Positions 17,426-24,384 of a stretch of 30,091 nt of DNA are shown one piece after another (the first letter of the stretch is position 1; each line of letters opens with the position of its first letter). Made by a program: the position numbers and the translations under genes. Location of the stretch: assembly GCA_044226625.1 (NCBI GenBank), contig JBGAGQ010000074.1, positions 1 to 30,091 on the forward strand, given 5' to 3'. Origin of the DNA: Thermoanaerobaculia bacterium. Its GTDB lineage: Bacteria > Acidobacteriota > Thermoanaerobaculia > Multivoradales > UBA5704. Below the pieces are notes generated by a model. It was not told the DNA's origin, did no database searches, and saw only the letters and a list, made by a program, of their open reading frames with translations.

Positions 17426-18700
17426 GTGACGCTCGTCGCGAGATTCGCGATCCTGTCGCTCGCGGCTTTCCTTGCGCTGCCCGCCACCGCCGCGAAGATT
17501 GCCGCCGTGGGCGACATCGCGTGCTCCCCGTCGGACCCGAGCTTCAACGCCGGGCTCGGCACCGCCACGGCCTGCCGGATGAAGGCGACCTCCGACCTCG
17601 CGGTCGCTGGGGGCTACGACGCCGTCCTGCCGCTCGGCGACGTCCAATACGAGGACGGCTCGTTCGCGAGCTTCATGGCCTCGTACGATCCGAGCTGGGG
17701 GCGGGTGAAGGGCGTCACCCGGCCGGTCCCTGGCAACCACGAGTACGTCACCCCGAACGGCGCGGGCTACTACCAGTACTTCGGCGCCGCAGCTGGAGAT
17801 CCGGCGAAGGGCTGGTACAGCTTCGATCTCGGCAGCTGGCACCTGATCGTCCTCAACTCGAACTGCGACCTGATCGGCGGCTGCGGTCCCGGCTCGCCGC
17901 AGGAGCAGTGGCTGCGCGCCGACCTCGCCGCTCATCCGGGCGTCTGCACGCTCGCGGCCTGGCACCATCCCCGCTTCTCCTCCGGCCCGCACGGCGACGA
18001 CGCGATGACCCAAGCGTTCTGGCAGGCCCTCTACGAAGCGCACGCCGACGTGATCCTGGTCGGGCACGACCACATCTACGAGCGGTTCGCGCCGCAAGGC
18101 CCGTCGGGACTCGCCGATCCGGCCCACGGCCTACGGGAGTTCGTGGTCGGCACCGGCGGCAAGATCCTCTACGCGACCGCGCCCACCCACGCGAACCGCG
18201 AGAAGCTGCAGAACACCGACTTCGGCCTACTCGAGCTGAACCTCCGGCGCACCGGCTACGATTGGAAATGGGTGGGCGTCCCCGGCGGGGCATTTACCGA
18301 CATCGGCTCCGGCACCTGCCACCGGTCCGCCTCGCGCTTCCACCCGGTGACACCCTGCCGCGCGGTCGACACCCGCAACCCGAACGGCCCGTTCGGCGGG
18401 CCGGCGCTCGTGGCCAACGTCAACCGCGCCTTTTCGCTCGCGGGCCTCTGCGGCGTCCCATCGGACGCCGAATCGGTCGCTGTGAATTTGAGCGTCGTCT
18501 CGCCGACCCGTTCAGGCGACCTGCGCGCCTGGGAATCCGGCGGTCCGCTGCCGGTCGCCCAGGCGATCAGCTATACGGCGAACCGCACGCGGACCAACAA
18601 CGCCATCTTGCCGCTCGCCGCAGGCTCACTCTCGGTGCGCCCCGTCCAGTCCTCGGGGACGGTTCACCTGGTGCTGGACGTCGTGGGGTACTTCCAGTAG
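17426..18700 (+). CDS. Secreted calcineurin-like metallophosphoesterase with C-terminal PCRxxDTR domain
   Basis: Likely start GTG 17426, giving a signal peptide ending ATA-A. Motifs VGD, LGDVQY, GNHEY, WHHP, GHDH. C-terminal ~125-aa domain FHPVTPCRAVDTR...LDVVGYFQ. Confidence 0.9.
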   Translation: MTLVARFAILSLAAFLALPATAAKIAAVGDIACSPSDPSFNAGLGTATACRMKATSDLAVAGGYDAVLPLGDVQYEDGSFASFMASYDPSWGRVKGVTRPVPGNHEYVTPNGAGYYQYFGAAAGDPAKGWYSFDLGSWHLIVLNSNCDLIGGCGPGSPQEQWLRADLAAHPGVCTLAAWHHPRFSSGPHGDDAMTQAFWQALYEAHADVILVGHDHIYERFAPQGPSGLADPAHGLREFVVGTGGKILYATAPTHANREKLQNTDFGLLELNLRRTGYDWKWVGVPGGAFTDIGSGTCHRSASRFHPVTPCRAVDTRNPNGPFGGPALVANVNRAFSLAGLCGVPSDAESVAVNLSVVSPTRSGDLRAWESGGPLPVAQAISYTANRTRTNNAILPLAAGSLSVRPVQSSGTVHLVLDVVGYFQ

Positions 18701-18713
18701 GGATCGAGCGCAT

Positions 18714-18827
18714 TGCAGACACCGCCAATCCACCGACCAGCGCCCATGAATAACCCAGGTCCGCTAACGTTTCCTTGGCGTGGAGGGTGACCGTTTCTAG
18801 CGGGCTTCTGAAGCCTTCCGTGGCCAC
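18714..18827 (-). pseudogene. Truncated nucleotidyltransferase (AbiEii/MNT-like toxin) fragment
   Basis: From GTG 18827: ..LADLGYSWALVGGLAVSA, typical of the start of this NTase family. The expected R-x-T-x-D-x-D catalytic segment is absent and the frame runs into the antisense of the phosphoesterase gene. Confidence 0.65.
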
Positions 18828-19023
18828 GTGACCCGCCTTCCTACACCGTCGCCGAATTCCGCGCCGGGGCGCTGCCTGAGCCATCTCCACAACATCTCTT
18901 CGATTTCCGCGGCGGATGCATCCGGATTCTTGCGCCGGAGGTTTTGGCGCATCACCGTTCGCCCGAAACGAAGAGGTCGAAAGCGGTTCTCAGTCTTGCG
19001 GACGCGATCTCCTCGCCAGTCAT
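18797..19023 (-). pseudogene. Frameshifted small protein (putative antitoxin partner of the nucleotidyltransferase)
   Basis: ATG 19023 gives MTGEEIASARLRTAFDLFVSGER*. A neighbouring frame continues MRQNLRRKNPDASAAEIEEMLWRWLRQRPGAEFGDGVGRRVTWPRKASEAR* (TAG ends 18797). Adding one base at CGG^TGATG (~18954) fuses them. Confidence 0.7.
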
Positions 19024-19030
19024 ACCAAAA

Positions 19031-19039
19031 AGCCTATCA
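19031..19039 (-). promoter_or_regulatory. Extended -10 promoter for a leaderless transcript of the TA-like remnant
   Basis: TG-A-TAGGCT followed by exactly 7 nt and ATG 19023; no SD. Confidence 0.55.
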
Positions 19040-19124
19040 TGTGGCTTAAGTTGCTTCGTTCCGAGGTATCGTACGGACCAAGTCCAACCTACGGAACGGT
19101 TCCCTGCCGCCTGGAGTTAAATCC

Positions 19125-19493
19125 ATGAGCCAATTGCCTACAGAATCCCCCGGCCGCTCCGCGCTCGCCAAGTGCGAGAAGCACGGTCTCCACTACGATC
19201 CGGCCAAGATGAGCGGCTGCGTGATCTGTCGGCGGGAGGAACGAGCCACCGCCGGCGCCACCGGGGCGACCTTCGCCGGCGCGGCCACTTCGGCCTCCTC
19301 GGGATCGGGGCGATCGGCGCTCGGTCCCTGGCTCGTCGCGGCCGGCCTCTGCTTGGTAGCGGGTCTCGTCTTCGACCAGTTCGGAGAGCGGATGTCCGAT
19401 CGCCTTTTCGGCTCGCGCCCCGACGTGCTCAAGGCGCCGCGCGCCGAGCGCATCGACGAGCAGATCCGGGACCTCGCGGGCGGAACCCCTTAG
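19125..19493 (+). CDS. Small membrane protein with N-terminal CHCC zinc-finger-like motif
   Basis: SD GGAG. C-x2-H-x11-C-x2-C (CEKH..CVIC), an A/G/T/S linker and one hydrophobic helix (WLVAAGLCLVAGLVF). Confidence 0.7.
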   Translation: MSQLPTESPGRSALAKCEKHGLHYDPAKMSGCVICRREERATAGATGATFAGAATSASSGSGRSALGPWLVAAGLCLVAGLVFDQFGERMSDRLFGSRPDVLKAPRAERIDEQIRDLAGGTP

Positions 19494-19596
19494 AGCTACA
19501 TCTCCGACGATCGGCCTCTGCTGAAGGGGTCGACGGAGTCCGTCGGGGTATCTCCCAGCGGACTTCGGCCTTCCCCTCCGTGCGACCTTCAAGAAT

Positions 19597-19656
19597 CCCC
19601 CTACCGGCCCCGCCGACATGTTCCTCCCCGGCCTGTGGGGAAGGACCGGTGAGGGG
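19597..19656. repeat. REP-like imperfect palindrome
   Basis: CCCCCTACCGG / CCGGTGAGGGG outer arms, with an inner TCCTCCCC-ggcctgt-GGGGAAGGA hairpin. Confidence 0.45.
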
Positions 19657-19661
19657 CATCT

Positions 19662-19690
19662 TTGACGCACGTCATTCGATTCTTTAGAAT
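19662..19690 (+). promoter_or_regulatory. Near-consensus sigma70 promoter of the tyrosinase operon
   Basis: TTGACG (19662-19667), 17 nt, TAGAAT (19685-19690); 73 nt upstream of ATG 19764. Confidence 0.75.
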
Positions 19691-19763
19691 CATCCGGTTC
19701 TTTGATTTCGAGTCAACGGCCGCGGGCCGATGCGCTTGACGAGCTCGCGAGAAAGGCGGAGAC

Positions 19764-21182
19764 ATGCCGAGCGAGCCACTCGATCTGAACTTCGATCCGG
19801 ACCGGAGGGTCTTCATCAAGGGTCTGGGGGTCGTCAGCCTGGGACTGATCCTCTCTACCCTCGGCGGTTGCGAGAGCATCATCCAGAAGATCAAGAATCG
19901 ACCGATCCGCCGCCGCCTGCGAACGGGCTCACCCGAGGTCGACGCCGCCATGGCGACCTACAGCCACGCCGTCGCGTTGATGAAGGCGCTGCCAAGCAGC
20001 GATCCGCGCAGTTGGGCCGCACAGGCGGCGATCCACGGCACCGTGGCCGGCGGCTTCAACTTCTGTCAGCACGGCACGGATCACTTCTTTTCCTGGCATC
20101 GCGCCTACCTGGTGTACTTCGAGCGGATTTGCCAAACGCTGACCGGCGATCCGCATTTCGGCCTGCCGTATTGGAACTGGAATCAGGATCCAGCCATCCA
20201 GGCCGCCTTCCTGGCGCCGGGCAGTCCTCTGTTCCATCCGCGGGACCGCACCACGGTGGCGGGAAACCCGGCTTTTTCCGACTCGACGCTCGACACCATC
20301 TTCGGCGACCCCAACTTCTACACTTTCAGCTCCCAGCTCGAAGGCACCCCCCACAACACGGCGCACGTCGTGGTCGGCGGCGACATGGTCACCGGGGGAT
20401 CGCCTCTCGATCCGGTGTTCTGGGCCCACCACTGTATGGTCGATTACTGCTGGGCTAAATGGAACCTCGAGCTGGAGAACGACAACACCAACGATCCCGG
20501 TTGGAACGAAACGACCTGGAACCATTTCGTCGACGGCCAGGGAAATCCGGCCACGGTCTCGGCGGGCCTGACCACGATCATGCCGCTCTTCAGCTACCAG
20601 TACGAGCCGAGCACGATCGGCAGCAACGTGGCCCGGGACGTCCTCGCCGGCGCGGACTTCAAGAAACTGGAAAAGCGCGTCAAGGAAGGCGCCGAAATGC
20701 GCTTCGAGATCGAGCGTCGGATACCCATCGCGGAGAAGGCCCGACTCACGTTGGCGCGGCCTCTCTCGCTCGCCGCCCCGGTCGCGGCGCTAGATTTCGC
20801 CACGCTGCTCGAGAGCGATCGCGCCAAGGAGAGAGTCTTCGCCAGCATCCAGTGGGCCCAATTACCCCAGGCGAACGATTTCTTCGTCCGGGTCTTCGTC
20901 GACCTGCCGGGGGCCAACGCCCAGACGTCCATCGACGATCCCCACTACGCTGGAAGCTTCGCGTTCTTCGGCACGACGTCCGAGAGCCGGCATCATGGCA
21001 AGACCGACTTCCTGGTCAACGTCACCGACGCCCTGCGGCGGGTGCAGGCGCGGAGCGACGACTCCCTGTCGATTCAGCTCGTGGCGGTCCCGGCACACGA
21101 CACGTTGGTCCGCGCGGAGTCGGAGCTGGTCCTGAACCGTTTCGAGCTTCTGGTCAGCCCGGTCCTGGTCCGCCGGCCGTAA
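19764..21182 (+). CDS. Tyrosinase / polyphenol oxidase (type 3 dicopper), Tat-exported probable lipoprotein with C-terminal shielding domain
   Basis: DRRVFIK twin-arginine motif, hydrophobic stretch, LGG-C. CuA: IHG..FCQHG..FFSWHR. LPYWNW. CuB: EGTPHNTAH..SPLDPVFWAHH. YQY tyrosine motif. C-terminal domain with VRVFVD..HYAGSFAFF. Confidence 0.95.
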   Translation: MPSEPLDLNFDPDRRVFIKGLGVVSLGLILSTLGGCESIIQKIKNRPIRRRLRTGSPEVDAAMATYSHAVALMKALPSSDPRSWAAQAAIHGTVAGGFNFCQHGTDHFFSWHRAYLVYFERICQTLTGDPHFGLPYWNWNQDPAIQAAFLAPGSPLFHPRDRTTVAGNPAFSDSTLDTIFGDPNFYTFSSQLEGTPHNTAHVVVGGDMVTGGSPLDPVFWAHHCMVDYCWAKWNLELENDNTNDPGWNETTWNHFVDGQGNPATVSAGLTTIMPLFSYQYEPSTIGSNVARDVLAGADFKKLEKRVKEGAEMRFEIERRIPIAEKARLTLARPLSLAAPVAALDFATLLESDRAKERVFASIQWAQLPQANDFFVRVFVDLPGANAQTSIDDPHYAGSFAFFGTTSESRHHGKTDFLVNVTDALRRVQARSDDSLSIQLVAVPAHDTLVRAESELVLNRFELLVSPVLVRRP

Positions 21183-21192
21183 GATTCCGAAG

Positions 21193-21684
21193 ATGGAGGC
21201 TTCGAAGTCCCTGGCCCAGTGGACGCGAAACCGGCGATTTGGCGGGTTGCTCGCCGGCCTGATCGCGCTGGTGCCTTCCTTCGCCACGACGGCCGCGCAG
21301 GCGGAGCCAGGGGAACCGATGGCGGTGCCGGGAAGCTCTTTCGTGCTCGATCTAGCGAACCGCACCGCCTCCGTGCCTCTCGGCTCCGAGTTGGCCGATC
21401 CTTCCGCGGCCAAGCTCGTCGAGATCGACGTCGCCGAGGTCTCGAACCCCCGAAGGATCGGCCTCTCCTTCGAGGTCCGGACGATGCACCAAGAGGGAAA
21501 GCCCTGCTTTCTCGGCAGCTTCGCCCTCTTTCCGCCGGACCGCCCGGGCAGGTTCCTCGTCGCTACACGAGGCAGCCTGCGCCTCGGCGACGTTCTCGAG
21601 GTGTCGATGGTCGTCCTCGACGAGCCGAGCTCCGACGATCGAGTCCGCGTCGGAGTGAAACGAATCTCGCTGCGCGACGATTGA
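21193..21684 (+). CDS. Exported hypothetical protein co-transcribed with the tyrosinase; resembles its C-terminal domain
   Basis: Starts 10 nt after the tyrosinase stop. Signal NRRFGGLLAGLIALVPSFATTAAQA. Beta-strand pattern with FLGSFALF..RFLV. Confidence 0.8.
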   Translation: MEASKSLAQWTRNRRFGGLLAGLIALVPSFATTAAQAEPGEPMAVPGSSFVLDLANRTASVPLGSELADPSAAKLVEIDVAEVSNPRRIGLSFEVRTMHQEGKPCFLGSFALFPPDRPGRFLVATRGSLRLGDVLEVSMVVLDEPSSDDRVRVGVKRISLRDD

Positions 21685-21753
21685 GAGGGCGGAGAGTCCA
21701 GCCGGGCGGGCGGAGGACCGGGCGCGCCGGGCGGTGATCGACCGGCCCTTCGT

Positions 21754-22806
21754 TCAGTACCCTTCTCCCTCCAGCGCCGCTTCCGCCCGGCCGCGGTGGA
21801 TCCGGAAGAGCAGCACCAGGTAGCCGATCGCCACGACGAATCCGGCAGGCCACCAAAGGAGCCCCTTCTTCAGGCTCTCGAACGACGAGGCCGCGCCCAG
21901 CGCGGTGAGCGAGGCGGCGGGATCGAGCCCCGAGCGGATCATCACCGGATAGGACGAGACGACCGTCGCCACCAAGACGCCGAGCAGGAACGCGGCCGAG
22001 CCGAGGAACGCCGCGAGGGCCCGGCCGCGCCGTCGAGCGGCGAACGCCGTCGCGAGCCCCGCGATACCGAGGATCGCGGCGATGATGGCGAGCGGGCGTG
22101 AGGCGAGCCCCTCCAGGAGATCGGGCCGGAGGCGGAATGTGACGACGGTCGCGGCGAGCCAGGACGCCACCAGCGGAACGTAGAGCCGCGCCGCCGCCTG
22201 TTCCGACCGAGCGGCAACCGCACCGCCGGTCTTCCAAGCGAGGAAGAGGGCGCCGTGGTGCGACAGCGCGAGCCACGCGACCACCCCCGCGAGGACCGTA
22301 TATCCGTCGAGCACGCCGTACGGCGCCCGCGCCGAGAAATCGGTCCAGAGCGGGAGCGAAAAATATCCCGAGGCGTCGAGCGGCACGCCGCGGATCAGAT
22401 TGCCGAGCGCCGCGCCCAACAGCACCGGCGGGAGCGCGCTCGCGAGCGAGAAGACGACGTCCCAGAACCCGCGCCACATGGGGTCCTGGACGTGCGAGCG
22501 GAACTCGATCGCGATGCCGCGCAGGATCAGCGACCAGAGCAGGAAGAAGATCGGAAGGTAGAGCCCCGAGAGCCCGGCCCCCAGGACCTTCGGAAAGGCG
22601 AGGAACAGGACGCCGCCGGCGGCGAGCAGCCAGACCTCGTTGCCGTCCCAAAACGGGCCGATCGCCGCGAGCACCTGGCGCCGCTCGCGGTCGGAACGCG
22701 CCACCCAGAGGTGGAGCGCCCCGGCGCCGAAATCGAAACCGTCGAGGATCACGTAGCCGGCGACCATCACCGAGGCGAGGGCGAACCAGAGCGCGTTCAG
22801 GGTCAT
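21754..22806 (-). CDS. cydB: Cytochrome bd quinol oxidase subunit II
   Basis: YVILDGFDFGAG, IGPFWDGNEVWL, LRGIAIEFRS, GAALGNLIRGVP; multiple TM helices; directly downstream of cydA. Confidence 0.97.
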   Translation of the reverse strand: MTLNALWFALASVMVAGYVILDGFDFGAGALHLWVARSDRERRQVLAAIGPFWDGNEVWLLAAGGVLFLAFPKVLGAGLSGLYLPIFFLLWSLILRGIAIEFRSHVQDPMWRGFWDVVFSLASALPPVLLGAALGNLIRGVPLDASGYFSLPLWTDFSARAPYGVLDGYTVLAGVVAWLALSHHGALFLAWKTGGAVAARSEQAAARLYVPLVASWLAATVVTFRLRPDLLEGLASRPLAIIAAILGIAGLATAFAARRRGRALAAFLGSAAFLLGVLVATVVSSYPVMIRSGLDPAASLTALGAASSFESLKKGLLWWPAGFVVAIGYLVLLFRIHRGRAEAALEGEGY

Positions 22807-22822
22807 CTCTCTTCGTTCCCCT

Positions 22823-24172
22823 CTACAGGACGACCGGTGCGGGGCTTCGGTCGAGCACGTGCGGCCCGTGACCGACCTCGCGCGCGACCAGGAACAGGAA
22901 CAGCAGGCCGAGCACCAGGTAGAGCCCGGCGAAGCCGATCAGGGTAAACAGCGCCGAACCTCCATGCACCGTGGGCGAGGCGCCCTCGGCCGTTCGCAGG
23001 AGGTCGTAGACCAGCCAGGGCTGGCGCCCGAGCTCCGCCGTCATCCATCCCGCCGTGGTCGCGATGTAGGGAAACGGAAAAGCGAGCATGAGCAGCCAGA
23101 GGAGGGATCGGCGCGTTTCGAGCTTGCCGCGCAGAAGTTCGAAGAAAGCGAGCGCCGCGAGGGCGATCAGCAGCGTGCCGAGCCCGACCATCACGTGGAA
23201 CGAGTAGTAGAGCAGTTCGACGTTGGTCGGCCAGAGATCCTCGGGAAAGTCGTTCAGCCCCTGGACGTTCTTCGAGAAGTCGCCATAGGCGATGTAGGAA
23301 AGAACTCCGGGGATCGCCACCGGATTGTCGAGCCGCCGCTCCGCTACGTTGGGCTGGCCGATCATCGCGATCGGGGCGCGGGGACCGCTTTCGAACCGAC
23401 CTTCCATCGCCGCGAGGGCGACCTTCTGATGCTTCGCGACCAGCTGCCCTTGAAGGTGGCCGGTCGGCATCGCGACCAGCAGGGAGGAAACCAACCCTGC
23501 GGCCACCCCCGTCTTGAGCGACACTCGCGCCGCCCCGAGGTGCTCGCCACGCAGGATCCAGAACGCCCCCACGGCGGCCATCACGAACGAAGCGGTCACC
23601 ACGGCGGCGGTCATCGTGTGCGCGTACTGTGCGAGGGCCCAGGGATTGAGCAGGTATTCCGAGAGATCGGCGATCGCGAGCGTCCCGTCCGGAGCCTTCG
23701 CATAGCCGACCGGATTCTGCAGGAAGGCGTTCGTGGTGACGATGAAGTAGCCGGAAAGCCAGCTCCCCAGAAATAGAGCGACCGCCGCTGCGAGATGCTT
23801 CTTCGGACCGAGCCGCCGCTCGCCAAAGACGAGAAGGGCGAGGAAGCTCGATTCCAGGAAGAACGCGAAGATCCCCTCCATCGCGAGAGTTTGGCCGATC
23901 ACTCCGCCCGCGAAATGGGAAAACCGAGCCCAGTTGGTGCCGAACTGGAACTCCATCGGCACGCCGGTCACGACCCCCATCGCGAAATTGAGCCCGAACA
24001 GCCGAATCCAGAACCGCGCGGCGTCGGCCCATTCGGACCGCCCCGTGCGGATCGCCTGGACCTTGAGGACCACGATCAACAGGGCGAGCCCCATCGTGAG
24101 CTGCGGAAAAAGATAGTGGTAGGCGATCGTGAAACCGAACTGCAGCCGGTGCCAGAACAGCGGGTCGCTCAT
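22823..24172 (-). CDS. cydA: Cytochrome bd quinol oxidase subunit I (short Q-loop)
   Basis: RLQFGFTIAYHYLF, GVVTGVPMEFQFGTNW, EGIFAFFLES, LAAMEG, FHVMVG, GWMTAELGRQPW. Confidence 0.97.
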   Translation of the reverse strand: MSDPLFWHRLQFGFTIAYHYLFPQLTMGLALLIVVLKVQAIRTGRSEWADAARFWIRLFGLNFAMGVVTGVPMEFQFGTNWARFSHFAGGVIGQTLAMEGIFAFFLESSFLALLVFGERRLGPKKHLAAAVALFLGSWLSGYFIVTTNAFLQNPVGYAKAPDGTLAIADLSEYLLNPWALAQYAHTMTAAVVTASFVMAAVGAFWILRGEHLGAARVSLKTGVAAGLVSSLLVAMPTGHLQGQLVAKHQKVALAAMEGRFESGPRAPIAMIGQPNVAERRLDNPVAIPGVLSYIAYGDFSKNVQGLNDFPEDLWPTNVELLYYSFHVMVGLGTLLIALAALAFFELLRGKLETRRSLLWLLMLAFPFPYIATTAGWMTAELGRQPWLVYDLLRTAEGASPTVHGGSALFTLIGFAGLYLVLGLLFLFLVAREVGHGPHVLDRSPAPVVL

Positions 24173-24310
24173 CTGCCGAAGATCTCCGTTCCTAGATTAT
24201 CGACCAGACCCGCCCGAGGCGCACGTCTCGGGCAACGCGCTGGGGTGGGCGGCGCGACGCGCTGGGGTGGCGGAAATGCCCCGATAGATAGCAGCGTATA
24301 CAATGGCCCG

Positions 24311-24376
24311 ATGTCGCCGCCCTCCCCCGCCGCGCCCGCCGCCTCCCTCCCGCCGCCGACGCTTGCTGGAGCCTGA
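24311..24376 (+). other. Possible leaderless Pro-rich 21-aa uORF or gene remnant upstream of the methyltransferase
   Basis: TACAAT (24299-24304), 6 nt, ATG 24311: MSPPSPAAPAASLPPPTLAGA*. Stop lies 8 nt before GTG 24385. Confidence 0.4.
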
Positions 24377-24384
24377 GATATCGC

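Noticed and set aside
19702-19716. FNR/CRP-family box downstream of the tyrosinase promoter
   Set aside because: TTGAT-N5-GTCAA has the wrong spacing for FNR (TTGAT-N4-ATCAA); kept only as an unassigned palindrome.
21193-21684. MelC1-type caddie (copper chaperone) for the tyrosinase
   Set aside because: Only one His and no resemblance I can see to Streptomyces MelC1; it looks more like the tyrosinase C-terminal domain.
22803-24032. 409-aa minus ORF overlapping cydA, and plus ORFs antisense to cydAB
   Set aside because: Alternative-frame shadows without recognisable motifs.
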